In this document: in pieces, positions 34,590 through 44,863 of the stretch
Layout of the letters: each line of letters begins with the position of its first letter
Numbering within the stretch: the first letter of the stretch is position 1
Origin: a virus
Lineage: Duplodnaviria; Caudoviricetes
Length of the DNA: 51,154 nt
IMG/VR virus record: IMGVR_UViG_3300010401_000012
Span: 1 to 51,154 of that record
Strand: one strand, 5' to 3'
The notes under the pieces: model-generated
What the model was told of the DNA's origin: nothing
The model's input: only the letters and a program-made list of their open reading frames with translations
The model's database searches: none
Program-made: the position numbers and the translations under genes

Positions 34590-36767
34590 TCATACTCCTT
34601 GGTTTATAGTTTCGAAGAGAGACCAACCGATAATATCAAAGGGTTGTCCTTCCACTGAAGTAACTTTAATTTGGAGAACCATTCCCCTTCCTCTAAGACG
34701 ATGACGTCTAATAATAACACTAAAATTTGGGTTGAAATTGTTTACTTGTTGTTGGGCACTCCACTTACCAGAATTACCAGTTGAAGCGTAATCCCACAAG
34801 CTTTGAAGATAGAAAGCAGTAGGTTCATCGTTCTTGGAGTATGTATAAAGATAAGGTATTTGTGTTTTCAATACACCTTTTCCATGGACCTTAAAGCCTG
34901 TAGTAAAGGTAGCTTCGTAGTCTGAACCTATCGAATCATAACTAAACCAGTCTACTGTTGGGTGATCTACGTCTAAATTATCTGCCATAGTTGAAGTCAA
35001 AGTACCGTTAACATTATTGTGTGAGCATAAATATTTGAAAGCATGATCTACTGGATTAGAAGCTTGATCAGTTTGCTTTGCTCTATCGATCACAACAATT
35101 CCGTGTAGTCCTATTTTAGTAATATCCACAGACCATGGGTAAAAGGCTTTGATAGCAACGTTATAATTTAGGATTCCATCAAAGGTATACTGTTCCATTG
35201 TAGTAGTAGGCGTCGTGGTTCTGAATAACCATTGAACATTGTACTCAGATGGATGATAATACCCACGTGCGTATTTTCTACTGTTAAGAGGAATTGTATC
35301 GTAATAACTCTGGATAGTTCCTACCGTCAGGGGTTCAAAGATGATGTTGTTGGTCTGGGGGTTTAGCTGTAGGGTATAAATACCCTCTTGAGCCCACCAA
35401 ATAGGAATACCAAGAACATCTACAAAGGAAGTTCCTGAAAGAGTTTCTATAGCACTTATCTTCTCGACTACGTAATCATTAGCTGCGAAACCACCTTGGG
35501 CTGACCCAGAGATAGACCACACACCATTACTTGCGAAGACTAAAAGTCTACCCTTCAAAGTAAAGAGTTTATATATTGTTCCACAATCAAGTATCTTTAC
35601 AATACCCCCGTCTGTAGGAAGTAGATCAAACAAGTCCTCTGCCGTAGGGTCATTCTTTTGATAACAATTACCAAACTGAACACTTGCGTTAGATATTGTT
35701 TCTAGTACCTGTGTAAAATACAAACTAGAATTAAAGCCAGCCGCAGATACGCCTGCGTACCAAACACGCCCTGCGTAGAAGGCAGTTGTACCAGGTCTAG
35801 CCTTACCAGAGGATAGATCTGGAAATGAAGGAGTTAACAGGTTTCCGTAATAAACTAAGTCTCTACTTCCATTGAAGGCGGGAAGTAGAAAGTGTCCTTT
35901 AGGAGCTGGGGTATTTACAGGCGGTGGAAATACAATGTCAGTTGCAGCAGTACCTGTTTGGGTTCCTAATATACCCGTATCTCGACCTGCAGCAGGTACA
36001 AAAGGTCTAAACGTTTCATTCGAACCTGTCGAAGTTGCTGAAGTAATATTACTACTCTTAAAGGTATACCAAACATCGGCATTACTCGGCATCAAAGTAG
36101 TAGCATTTTGAAAAATGTCGATAGTCGTGGAAGCTGTATAGTCCCCGTGAAGACTGTCTGTCCAACCTTGATTGAGAAGGTTATACTGGTGATACCCACC
36201 AGAACCTGAAGGAGGTCTAGCAGTTAAAGAAAGTCCGTCATCAAGTCCATCTAGATCCCTAACCTTGACATCTATTTGAGTAGCTGTAAAAGTAGCGGGC
36301 GCGGTGTACTTAATTGAGATTGGGTTCATATAAGGCTGAACTACAAAGAGGTAACCCATACCGGAAGAGAACTGACATTCAGTCAGGGGTCCTAAAGTAC
36401 CGTCTGTAAATTGACCTGTAAGAGCAACAGCGTTATGGAAGACATTAGTAGAAAGAGCGGAACCATCTGAATTAACTACATAGAAGTCTAAGGCTCCACC
36501 TACTTGGACAACCCAAAAGTTAAGATCACCATTACCATTAACACTGCGCCATAGGTAAGTAGAGATTGCTAGATCACTATTAATTCCTAGACTAACGTGG
36601 TTTTGTTCGAAGTTAAGACTATCTCTAGAGCGAACATTACCAAGAACAGAAAAGACACAATTATCCGTATCCGTACAAGCATTCTCCGGAAAGTTAAGTC
36701 CAGTAGATTCAGTTATTAAACCTCTAGTAAAGTTGTTCTCTACAGAGAAAGTTGTCTGTTGCGGCAT
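34590..36767 (-). CDS. Tail tubular protein B / nozzle (stabilisation protein)
   Basis: NNFTRGLITE..LNFPENA, AFYAGRVWY, YQKNDPT, beta-propeller character. Confidence 0.85.
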   Translation of the reverse strand: MPQQTTFSVENNFTRGLITESTGLNFPENACTDTDNCVFSVLGNVRSRDSLNFEQNHVSLGINSDLAISTYLWRSVNGNGDLNFWVVQVGGALDFYVVNSDGSALSTNVFHNAVALTGQFTDGTLGPLTECQFSSGMGYLFVVQPYMNPISIKYTAPATFTATQIDVKVRDLDGLDDGLSLTARPPSGSGGYHQYNLLNQGWTDSLHGDYTASTTIDIFQNATTLMPSNADVWYTFKSSNITSATSTGSNETFRPFVPAAGRDTGILGTQTGTAATDIVFPPPVNTPAPKGHFLLPAFNGSRDLVYYGNLLTPSFPDLSSGKARPGTTAFYAGRVWYAGVSAAGFNSSLYFTQVLETISNASVQFGNCYQKNDPTAEDLFDLLPTDGGIVKILDCGTIYKLFTLKGRLLVFASNGVWSISGSAQGGFAANDYVVEKISAIETLSGTSFVDVLGIPIWWAQEGIYTLQLNPQTNNIIFEPLTVGTIQSYYDTIPLNSRKYARGYYHPSEYNVQWLFRTTTPTTTMEQYTFDGILNYNVAIKAFYPWSVDITKIGLHGIVVIDRAKQTDQASNPVDHAFKYLCSHNNVNGTLTSTMADNLDVDHPTVDWFSYDSIGSDYEATFTTGFKVHGKGVLKTQIPYLYTYSKNDEPTAFYLQSLWDYASTGNSGKWSAQQQVNNFNPNFSVIIRRHRLRGRGMVLQIKVTSVEGQPFDIIGWSLFETINQGV

Positions 36768-37078
36768 TAGTTAGTAGTTCTGCTCTGCACGATTTCAGTA
36801 ATCTTGATATTACGTTCTCTGAAGTAAGTCTCTAGGTCTTTGAAAAGTCTTGAGAAACTAGTCCAACGTTGCTCCTTAAGAGCACCAGGAACGGCTCCCT
36901 TTTCATAGTGAACGGTCCACATCATAGTCTGTGGATCAATGCGGGCATGTAGGTTGTTTTCACCAGTAAATAGATTAGTGTCTACCATACCAGTGCTAGT
37001 CTTAGGGAGTTTAGTATCTATAACTTCTAGTTTGATAACTCGGTCAGAGCTAGCAGTATTCATAGCGTTCATCGCCAT
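36767..37078 (-). CDS. Hypothetical virion-module protein
   Basis: Packed between tubular A and B. Confidence 0.7.
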   Translation of the reverse strand: MAMNAMNTASSDRVIKLEVIDTKLPKTSTGMVDTNLFTGENNLHARIDPQTMMWTVHYEKGAVPGALKEQRWTSFSRLFKDLETYFRERNIKITEIVQSRTTN

Positions 37079-37914
37079 CGTAGTTTACGCCTTCCAAAAT
37101 CAGGGAGTTGTTGAAAACTCGTCGGCGCATCAGCCAACGATTTAGTTCTTTGTATAGTCCCCCATTGTCGTTTTGCTTCTTGCTCAGCCTTAGGATGACT
37201 CATTTGTTTGAGTTCAAGGAAAGCTAAAGACTTGGCTTCATTGAGTAACAACGGAAATTGATTTTCGTCCAAGTTAGGTACGAAGTCATCTTCCATTTCC
37301 CACTCAACAGTACCTTGCCCAAAGCACTGTGTCTTACTAGACTGTAATGTACTATCTACGGTGTTGTCATAACTATCGAAGAGAATGTAATAGTTCTGAA
37401 GGATAGTACAGAAACGGGGATTTACATTAGTCTTATATCGTAGGTTAAATATACCACCTGTAGTTTCAAAGACGTATTCTTGTACAGTAGTATCATTTAG
37501 ATTATAGTTATTGATATAATCTAGGAACTGATCAATTGGTAGAATAGTTACATACTTCCAACTAGGTGCAACTGAAGAAGACCCACCTTGGCTGATAATG
37601 TCAACGTTCAAGTCATGTTGGAAGTCATCATTAGTATCAGCGGCAATATGGGTATCGTAGTACTTGATCCATTCGATTTTATTGATATGATCAGGCTTGT
37701 ACATTATTACAGGCTTGGTACTATCAAGACTGGGTTCAAGTTGGAACAACTGACTTTGTTCTAACACACCAGCTCGCGATGATATATTCATAAAGGCTTG
37801 CTTTATGATTTCAGCAACTTGCATGGACTCAGTAGTATCTGAAATACTATTGACTTCGTCAGAACTCAATGAACTCAAGATAGCTTGGTCCATTTCTAGG
37901 AGTGTCATTTTCAT
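37069..37914 (-). CDS. Tail tubular protein A / adaptor
   Basis: MTLLEM.Q.IL..LSSDEVNSISDT.ES.QVA.II. Confidence 0.82.
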   Translation of the reverse strand: MKMTLLEMDQAILSSLSSDEVNSISDTTESMQVAEIIKQAFMNISSRAGVLEQSQLFQLEPSLDSTKPVIMYKPDHINKIEWIKYYDTHIAADTNDDFQHDLNVDIISQGGSSSVAPSWKYVTILPIDQFLDYINNYNLNDTTVQEYVFETTGGIFNLRYKTNVNPRFCTILQNYYILFDSYDNTVDSTLQSSKTQCFGQGTVEWEMEDDFVPNLDENQFPLLLNEAKSLAFLELKQMSHPKAEQEAKRQWGTIQRTKSLADAPTSFQQLPDFGRRKLRWR

Positions 37915-38285
37915 TTGCGGTTCCACATATTGATACCAATATTCCCTAGTAAGAAAGCGACTACTGCGTAAGGAAGGTAGGGTGCAGAAGTCTTATCGAA
38001 GCCTGCTGTATGCCACATATAGTCATGGAAGTAACTCTCAGCTAGGATAGTATCCCAGCTTACAAGAGCAACCCAAATAACAATTGGGAAGACCATAAGA
38101 TCTCGCATAAAGCGAAGGCCGATGTCATCCTGAGTAGTCTGGATTATCTGGGCAGCGACTTGAGCTTCCTGAACATCAGATGCCCTGTTAGTCTTTAGGA
38201 CTTCAACCTTAGTATCCTCTACCTTAGTAAAGATAGATACGATACCTTGGATGATCGGTCCGATGATTGGAAGGAAGGCTAACAT
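37911..38285 (-). CDS. Putative holin / multi-TM membrane protein
   Basis: 2-3 hydrophobic segments; lies in the lysis cluster. Confidence 0.6.
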   Translation of the reverse strand: MLAFLPIIGPIIQGIVSIFTKVEDTKVEVLKTNRASDVQEAQVAAQIIQTTQDDIGLRFMRDLMVFPIVIWVALVSWDTILAESYFHDYMWHTAGFDKTSAPYLPYAVVAFLLGNIGINMWNRK

Positions 38286-38608
38286 TAACCTTTGGTTTCC
38301 CTCATGTTACGTCTACGCGCCAACTCAGTGAAAATACCCTTGACGAAGGAAATACCACCGAGGTAAAGAACTTGGTTCTTATCGAAGTTGGTTACACCGA
38401 GTAAGGGAGACCAGTCCATAGCTCCGCAGGCCATGACAACCATACCGACTAGAGCCTCGGTACGGGCAATGACTACAGTTTCGGAATAGATAAAGAACGC
38501 CTTAATGGCGTCCCATTTACTTACTGGGGGTAACTGTAATCGCTCCGGAATTGGGAGCTTTACTACCTCTGAAGGGGGTAGTGACTTTAACTGTTTTAGG
38601 TTAGGCAT
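38285..38608 (-). CDS. Putative holin-like membrane protein
   Basis: Two hydrophobic segments and a basic C-terminus, adjacent to the endolysin. Confidence 0.55.
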   Translation of the reverse strand: MPNLKQLKSLPPSEVVKLPIPERLQLPPVSKWDAIKAFFIYSETVVIARTEALVGMVVMACGAMDWSPLLGVTNFDKNQVLYLGGISFVKGIFTELARRRNMRETKG

Positions 38609-39237
38609 TAGTTTACTTTCTTATATTGATAGTATTCAACAACTAGGAAACCAACGAGGGCAGCGACAATAGTGCCGACTACGATCCAAGGCCAGTAGTG
38701 ATGAGGTGTGGAAGCCAACGCAGCTCCGCCTGCAACTACAGCACCAGCCGCAGCTCCACCGGAAGCCATACTAGAAGGCTTATCTAGTTCAAGACTGTGA
38801 GCGCGAACTCTGGCAACCCTAGCTGTCCAACCTTTTCCAAAAGTAGGAAAGGTCTTCAAAGACCTTAGGAAGTCCATACGTTCGTCATTGATAGCGTTGA
38901 TGAGGTCTACACCAGTCTTATCTTTAAACCGCTGTAGAGCCTTCCTAGGCCGCCCTAGACCCGAGTTAACACCGTAATCAAAACAAGTATAATCGACGCC
39001 AGAAGGGAGAGAATCACAGCCAAGAGCGTCCCAGTACTTTGATTTATAAATTTCTTTAGCATCTTCAACTTTCATTTGTCGAACAGAATCAGCAGTCCCT
39101 TCACTATCAATATACTTGCGATAATCAGTAAGGGTAATACCAAAATTAGTAGCCCCACCAGGATCTCTTGGGTCATTGGTAAAGCCTCCTTCGTCTTTAA
39201 GGAGTCTTGAAAGACAGTCTTTATAGTTTTGCTTCAT
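38608..39237 (-). CDS. Endolysin, glycoside hydrolase family 108, with C-terminal TM
   Basis: EGGFTNDPRDPGGATNFGIT, FDYGVNSG, FGKGW..R. Confidence 0.92.
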   Translation of the reverse strand: MKQNYKDCLSRLLKDEGGFTNDPRDPGGATNFGITLTDYRKYIDSEGTADSVRQMKVEDAKEIYKSKYWDALGCDSLPSGVDYTCFDYGVNSGLGRPRKALQRFKDKTGVDLINAINDERMDFLRSLKTFPTFGKGWTARVARVRAHSLELDKPSSMASGGAAAGAVVAGGAALASTPHHYWPWIVVGTIVAALVGFLVVEYYQYKKVN

Positions 39238-39238
39238 A

Positions 39239-40396
39239 TTAAGACACCGGTACGAATTGGAGGGTAACTGTAACTGTTGCTTGGTTAGCCGCAGCACCTT
39301 GTCCTGTTGTAACCCTGAAGAAAATAGGATTGGTTGTAAAGTAAGCTGTCGCACCTACTGCTTGAGTGAATTGTATAGTCGCTGCGTTTGTGGTAGCTGC
39401 GTTTGTGGTAACGGCAGCTAGTGAAGTACCACCGGTAACAATAGCTGTTCCTGTACCTCCTGCACCAGTGAAGACACCGATCTGTGCAGTAGTTAACGAA
39501 GCTGTGTTACTGGTATTAACGAGGACAATAGCTCCAAGACGATAACGTGTATGGCCATTTGGCAGCGTGAATGTAACCGTAGTATCCGCAACAGTATTTA
39601 GATCGACTTGGAAGGAATAATTAACAATAGGATTATTCAACATTGAAATAACCCTAGCTACTGTAAGATCAGTAGCGTTAGCTGTACCACCAGTGTCATT
39701 ACCCTTAATGGTCTTAGTAGCCATCTGAGCAGCCTTGGCGTTAGTTACCGCGTTATTGGCGATAGTAGCAGTCAGGTTACCGGCTGAAGTAGTAACGTCA
39801 CTTGTTAGGGCTGGGAAGTTCGCAGCAGCCAAAGTACCGGATACACCTGTTGCTAAAGGCAAACCTGTAGCATTTGTAAGGACAACTGCTGAAGGTGTTC
39901 CTAGATCAGGAGTTATCAAAGCAGGAGAAGTCTTGCGAACCATAGCTCCTGTACCAGTAGGAGTTACAGCCCAGGCACCCGTAAGAGTACCTGAAGAAGT
40001 CACAGGTGAGTTAGTAACCGTTAAGTCACTGGGTAGAGACAAACCAACCGAAGACAAAGGTGTATGCCAGTGAGTATCGTAATTGGTATTACTTGCCTTG
40101 CTTAGTACTTGCTCTGTAGTACCACCTATAGGAATATTTGTTACCGTACTACCACCTACAAAATCAGACAGGTCTTGCAAACGAAGGGGAGAGTTAGCTG
40201 TAGCTGGAGCTGGGAGATTTAAGACTTGGTGGGAGTTCATGTCTAGTTCAGAGGACATCGTATTAGGTGTCGTTCCGTCCCTAGACAAGGTTTTCTCCAC
40301 GGCAGTTTGAATTGCCGTGAAGTTACCATTTATTGTGTTGGCAGCAGTCGTTGTATCAATCAAACTGCCAACTGGATTTATTGTTACCTTAGACAT
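39239..40396 (-). CDS. Tail fibre protein 2
   Basis: N-anchor LSRDGTTPN.M..ELDMNSHQVLNLPAP; Thr/Ala/Gly-rich. Confidence 0.8.
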   Translation of the reverse strand: MSKVTINPVGSLIDTTTAANTINGNFTAIQTAVEKTLSRDGTTPNTMSSELDMNSHQVLNLPAPATANSPLRLQDLSDFVGGSTVTNIPIGGTTEQVLSKASNTNYDTHWHTPLSSVGLSLPSDLTVTNSPVTSSGTLTGAWAVTPTGTGAMVRKTSPALITPDLGTPSAVVLTNATGLPLATGVSGTLAAANFPALTSDVTTSAGNLTATIANNAVTNAKAAQMATKTIKGNDTGGTANATDLTVARVISMLNNPIVNYSFQVDLNTVADTTVTFTLPNGHTRYRLGAIVLVNTSNTASLTTAQIGVFTGAGGTGTAIVTGGTSLAAVTTNAATTNAATIQFTQAVGATAYFTTNPIFFRVTTGQGAAANQATVTVTLQFVPVS

Positions 40397-42507
40397 TAGT
40401 TGTATTGTCCCCCTGTACCGACTAGGCCAACGAAGGTTAGGCTTGCGCCCGTTCCAGCAGCAATTGACTTACGGGTAAGGCGAAGATCACTATTAGTACC
40501 TAAACCATAGGCCCCCTTAACCATATCAACAAGCGTCATTTCAGAAGTGGCTGTTCCGAATGTAGGATCACTAGGGTCTCTAAATTGAGAAGCAACAACC
40601 AGATTACCAGCAAAGACTTCTGTACTTGAGTAAGGAGTATTATTATTACTACTAATTGTGATATCAGCAGTATCCGCAGCGAAGGTTGCTGTCTTGGTGA
40701 AGGAATCTCCGGGAAGATAAGTCGCTGGGTTATTGAGAGTAGCTAGAGTGTCTATCGAACCCAATGTCTTGGCTTCAAACTTAATACCTGTAGAAGTACC
40801 CGTGAAGGCGATAGACTGGAAGCTCGCTTGAGCACCTGAACCATTTGCCAGCAAGAAACCAACGAGGTAATGAGGATTACCTAAGAGAGTAATAGCGTTG
40901 TAACCTGGGGTACCATTTGTATTATGAATGATCTGACCACGAACACCAACGTCAGCGTGACATTGACGAGACATCGTAAGAGTGATTGGTTCAGCCACCT
41001 TAGAGGCAAACGAACCGGCTCCATTCAAGGTTAGGACATTACCTACTTTGCTGACTACGTAAGAGTTGGCGTAAAGACCTGTTCCCCTAATAACCATGCC
41101 GGGTTTAATGGCAGAGGCATCTGGGACGGTAACAGTACCTGCACCTGAGGTCCAAGTACCTGTGGTAGAGATTGCATCTCCTGTACTATCGATTGTATAC
41201 TTAACCCAGCTATCGATGAAGATACGTCCGTCGAAAGCGGCAGACATGTCGTTGAAACTAATACCCGCAGAAGTACCAAAGATAAGTACGTTTACAGGAG
41301 AACCTGGGTTAGGATTGACTATCCAGATTTCACCACCTTGACCTGTCGATATCATATCTTGAGTACCGTTGGTCATGTCACACTTGAAGCCAGCTATTGA
41401 ATACTTGGCATCGAAGGCAGCACCGAAACAGTAGTTAGTAGTCGGGGCTATGATGACATTCTGTGGACTGGTTACATTACCTTTAAATAACAATCCTGTA
41501 GGCGCAGTCTGACCTACAATAGGACCAATAGGAGACAGACCGTCATAAGTACCATCAGCTACGTTTACTGTAACCGACTGACCACTTAGATCGTACTTAC
41601 TCTGTAGTTCAGTATAGGCATGACCCATAGAGGCCCATGGAGCTGACAGAGATCCTGTACCCGTAGTATCACTTCCTGTAGTAGCTACATAGAAGTTAGT
41701 GGGAGCATTAAGCCTAAGTCTAGTCGGGAGTGTACTCGGGTTGCTTTGGGTTAAGAAAGCAGAGTACATCGGTATAGCATAGATAAAAATATCTGCTGTA
41801 GCTGCTGCACCTTGTGGGGTAGTCAGTGAAAAGTAAACGGTACTGAGATTTAATCTAGGAGAAGTAGCCCCTAAAGAAAGACAATCACCAGTTGTGTTTA
41901 AGGCATTGGTAGTCAGCGCTGAGTAGACTTGGGAGTTAGGAATTAACTGAACCCCGGTTTTACCTGCGCCTGTGTATATACCACCGACAGCAGTCGTCAA
42001 AGAAATACTAGGATTAGTGACCAATACTCTGAAGATGAGGTAGTGGTCAGGCATTGTAATCGTAATAGCCTGGTCTGCAGTACTATTCATATTAGCACCG
42101 AGTAGGACACCAGCTAGGATCAAGCCTTGATTAGTCATAGCTTGAATTTGATTGACGTGGACGTCTGTGACATCTGCTGTAGCAGAAGTGTTGTTGCCCT
42201 TCAGCGTAAAGGCAGGGGCCTGTGCTAGCTTGTCATTGCTGACGCTGTGTGCAGTCAGGATATTACCGATCGCAGTCGAAGTGTCCTGAAGGCGGACTAC
42301 ATCGTTAGGATAGATTGGCGCTGGAAGATTTAAGATACGATGCGAGTTCATATCAAAATCAGAATTCATTACATTCGGGGATGTTCCGTCCCGAGATACG
42401 GTATTGTCTAGTGCCAGTTCAATTATAGCACTGTTAGTATTCATAGCGTTAACAGCAGTCGTTTCGTTCTGCAGATTAACGATGTCAGTTAACGTTATTT
42501 TAGACAT
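40396..42507 (-). CDS. Tail fibre/spike protein 1
   Basis: Same N-anchor; FYVATTGSD..GTGS..APW segment typical of beta-helix spike starts. Confidence 0.82.
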   Translation of the reverse strand: MSKITLTDIVNLQNETTAVNAMNTNSAIIELALDNTVSRDGTSPNVMNSDFDMNSHRILNLPAPIYPNDVVRLQDTSTAIGNILTAHSVSNDKLAQAPAFTLKGNNTSATADVTDVHVNQIQAMTNQGLILAGVLLGANMNSTADQAITITMPDHYLIFRVLVTNPSISLTTAVGGIYTGAGKTGVQLIPNSQVYSALTTNALNTTGDCLSLGATSPRLNLSTVYFSLTTPQGAAATADIFIYAIPMYSAFLTQSNPSTLPTRLRLNAPTNFYVATTGSDTTGTGSLSAPWASMGHAYTELQSKYDLSGQSVTVNVADGTYDGLSPIGPIVGQTAPTGLLFKGNVTSPQNVIIAPTTNYCFGAAFDAKYSIAGFKCDMTNGTQDMISTGQGGEIWIVNPNPGSPVNVLIFGTSAGISFNDMSAAFDGRIFIDSWVKYTIDSTGDAISTTGTWTSGAGTVTVPDASAIKPGMVIRGTGLYANSYVVSKVGNVLTLNGAGSFASKVAEPITLTMSRQCHADVGVRGQIIHNTNGTPGYNAITLLGNPHYLVGFLLANGSGAQASFQSIAFTGTSTGIKFEAKTLGSIDTLATLNNPATYLPGDSFTKTATFAADTADITISSNNNTPYSSTEVFAGNLVVASQFRDPSDPTFGTATSEMTLVDMVKGAYGLGTNSDLRLTRKSIAAGTGASLTFVGLVGTGGQYN

Positions 42508-42531
42508 GTGTTTCCTTTATAAATGGGGTGT

Positions 42532-42555
42532 CCCTAGGAGCCGAAGCCCCTAGGG
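42532..42555 (-). terminator. UUCG hairpin after the capsid genes (partial terminator or stabiliser)
   Basis: Minus strand CCCTAGGGGC-TTCG-GCTCCTAGGG; weak U-tract. Confidence 0.5.
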
Positions 42556-42566
42556 TCCCATTACCA

Positions 42567-43091
42567 TTACTGAGTAATAGTAGAGTTAAGACGCCATTTA
42601 ATGCGCACTTTGATTTTACCTTGCGTGAAGTTAGCGGTGTTAGCCGTAACCCACAGGTAACCGTTGCTGGGGGTACCAGCAGCAGTGCCGATGTAACCAC
42701 CAGCGAAAGTAGAACCACCCGTCAAGATTTGCTTAGAACCCTGAGTAAGTGAAGCCACAGTCATAGCATTGACGAAACCAGTCGCCGACGCCACGGTAGT
42801 ACGATCGAAACCAACCAAACCGACGTTGAGGGTAGCCGTAGCACCCACACCGGCGAGTTCGCATTCGACTTCAACCTGCTCGATGAAAGCACCTGCAGGA
42901 ATGAAAGCGACGTCAGCACCAACGGGGATAGCCGCAGTGCCGAAGGCTGGCAGTGTAGTAAGGTCGATATAGAATTCTGCCGTACGGAATTCACCGTAAG
43001 TCAGATATTCACCTGCAGTAGCGGGCACGACTTTCGACACGCCGTACTTCAGGTAAAGACCATCATTGTTCATCCAAGAACCTTGTACCAT
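42567..43091 (-). CDS. Putative capsid decoration/minor structural protein
   Basis: Follows the MCP; AGGAGGA RBS; beta-rich. Confidence 0.7.
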   Translation of the reverse strand: MVQGSWMNNDGLYLKYGVSKVVPATAGEYLTYGEFRTAEFYIDLTTLPAFGTAAIPVGADVAFIPAGAFIEQVEVECELAGVGATATLNVGLVGFDRTTVASATGFVNAMTVASLTQGSKQILTGGSTFAGGYIGTAAGTPSNGYLWVTANTANFTQGKIKVRIKWRLNSTITQ

Positions 43092-43101
43092 ATTATCCTC
43101 C

Positions 43102-44076
43102 TTATGCCGGAACTGCGGCGGTAGAAGTAAGCACGGTAACTAGGTTTTCAGGACGATACAGCTTGAAGCCGTATTCGCAGAACGTAGCATACTCAGTCTG
43201 CTGCAGGTCTTTATTAAAGTCCATGTAGACAGTAGGCTGCTGACGGAATGCGCCAATCCAAGGCAACGTATCGCCAGGGGTTGCGCTGAAGAAGTAGTTA
43301 CACACACCATTAGTCACCGATACAGAGTTAATGGTTTCGGAACCGTTACCTGTTGCTCCGCAAGAAGGCAGGTAGTTCGACACGTAGACATCGAAGCCGT
43401 AGATGTTGAACATGAAACGGAAGCCAGACATGAGACCATCGCTGACGATCGAATTCCACTTAGGAACCGGCGAGAGCAAAGATGTCACGTTTGTGAGTGT
43501 AGCGATCGTGTAAGCGACCGAGGGATCAACAACCGCACAGAGATTGTTCAGAGGAACGTTAGCACGTTGAAGTGCATAAAGAGCCTTTGCGAAATCTGCA
43601 AATGCGAGAGTAGGGGTGCCGCCACCGGCAACCCAACGATGCGACGCACCGTTGATAGTATTTAGAGAGCTAACAGTTTGACCTGCATTTGCCACCGCGA
43701 AGATACGAGCTTCGACGTCTTCCATAAGAGCCCGGTGCTGTTTAGGCACGAACGATGCAATTACTTCAGGCGACCAGAACGAGTCACGCTTGAACTTCTC
43801 GCTGATCGAGATAGCAGAATACTTATACTGGTCAAACGAGAAGGTAAAGTTACCTTGATCGAGAGAGTTATAAGTAATCGCCTGACCTTCATTGAAGTCA
43901 TGCGTTTCTGCTTCACCGAGAGACGGAATATTGAAAGTATAACCGTCGGGGAAGTCTGTGAGAATGCGGACAAATCTCATAGCAATCAGTTCATCAAGCA
44001 GGAGGCTCTTAAGCTGTTTGCTATAGAGGTTCTGCCTAATGAAATATTGATTGGTGGTATCCATAATACCGGCCAT
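43102..44076 (-). CDS. Major capsid protein
   Basis: 324 aa after the scaffold; DFPDG..FNIPSLG, YGFDVYVSNYL, YGFKLYRPENL; AAGGAG RBS. Confidence 0.9.
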   Translation of the reverse strand: MAGIMDTTNQYFIRQNLYSKQLKSLLLDELIAMRFVRILTDFPDGYTFNIPSLGEAETHDFNEGQAITYNSLDQGNFTFSFDQYKYSAISISEKFKRDSFWSPEVIASFVPKQHRALMEDVEARIFAVANAGQTVSSLNTINGASHRWVAGGGTPTLAFADFAKALYALQRANVPLNNLCAVVDPSVAYTIATLTNVTSLLSPVPKWNSIVSDGLMSGFRFMFNIYGFDVYVSNYLPSCGATGNGSETINSVSVTNGVCNYFFSATPGDTLPWIGAFRQQPTVYMDFNKDLQQTEYATFCEYGFKLYRPENLVTVLTSTAAVPA

Positions 44077-44101
44077 GAAATATCTCCTTTAGAGAATTAA
44101 A

Positions 44102-44863
44102 TTAATCCACATCGAAGAAGGCTGCTCCCAAAGCTTGGGAATCCTTATCCATCTGGACTTGAATTTTAGGGTCCAGATACGCCTTAGGATTAGTCTCTCT
44201 CATTTTCTCGTAGTAAGACAAAGTCCTAGCACCGTCGTTCTGTTGAGCGAAGGTAGTAGGTCTTACAGTAGTACGCGGAGGAGCCTGAAACATAGTTTCC
44301 TGCTGTGCGGGTTGTTCAGTGATACCCATCAAGCTATAGAAAGCCTGTGGGGATCGCTTAGCAGTTCCGACCAAATAAGCGTCGTCAATCATAAGTGTAT
44401 CCATTTTTTCTTTAAGGACTTCATTGACGCGCGGGCCAAATTTCTCCTTAAGTGTTTTCTGAACCGAAGCATAGTTAGCAGCTTCACGCTTTTGGACTTC
44501 AGATTGCTGAAGTTCTGCAGCGATCATGCTACGCAGTTGCGTCGGATCAAAGGTCGGGGGTTTCTCTATATCCTCGATGGTGGTTGAGTTTTGAGATTGA
44601 CTGGTCTTACCCTTTTCAATTCGGTCAATAAGGTCTTCCAGTTTTGCCCTGCCGTCTACCTGCTCTTTAAGGCTCAAGTACATATTCCGGATTTCGTCCT
44701 TCTGTTGTTCTAGAGTCTTGACATAGCGGTCAGCTTCGGCTTTGCCTTTTGCGAGGTCCTCAGGGGATCGAAATTTCTTTCCTTCTCCTACGAGTTCCTC
44801 AAGCCAGTTTTTGTTGTCGTCAAAATCTGGTAGTGTGTTGTTATTGTCAAACAACGTGTCCAT
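44102..44863 (-). CDS. Capsid scaffolding protein
   Basis: LVGEGKKF.SPEDLAKGK.EAD.Y..TLE coiled coil, between portal and MCP. Confidence 0.82.
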   Translation of the reverse strand: MDTLFDNNNTLPDFDDNKNWLEELVGEGKKFRSPEDLAKGKAEADRYVKTLEQQKDEIRNMYLSLKEQVDGRAKLEDLIDRIEKGKTSQSQNSTTIEDIEKPPTFDPTQLRSMIAAELQQSEVQKREAANYASVQKTLKEKFGPRVNEVLKEKMDTLMIDDAYLVGTAKRSPQAFYSLMGITEQPAQQETMFQAPPRTTVRPTTFAQQNDGARTLSYYEKMRETNPKAYLDPKIQVQMDKDSQALGAAFFDVD

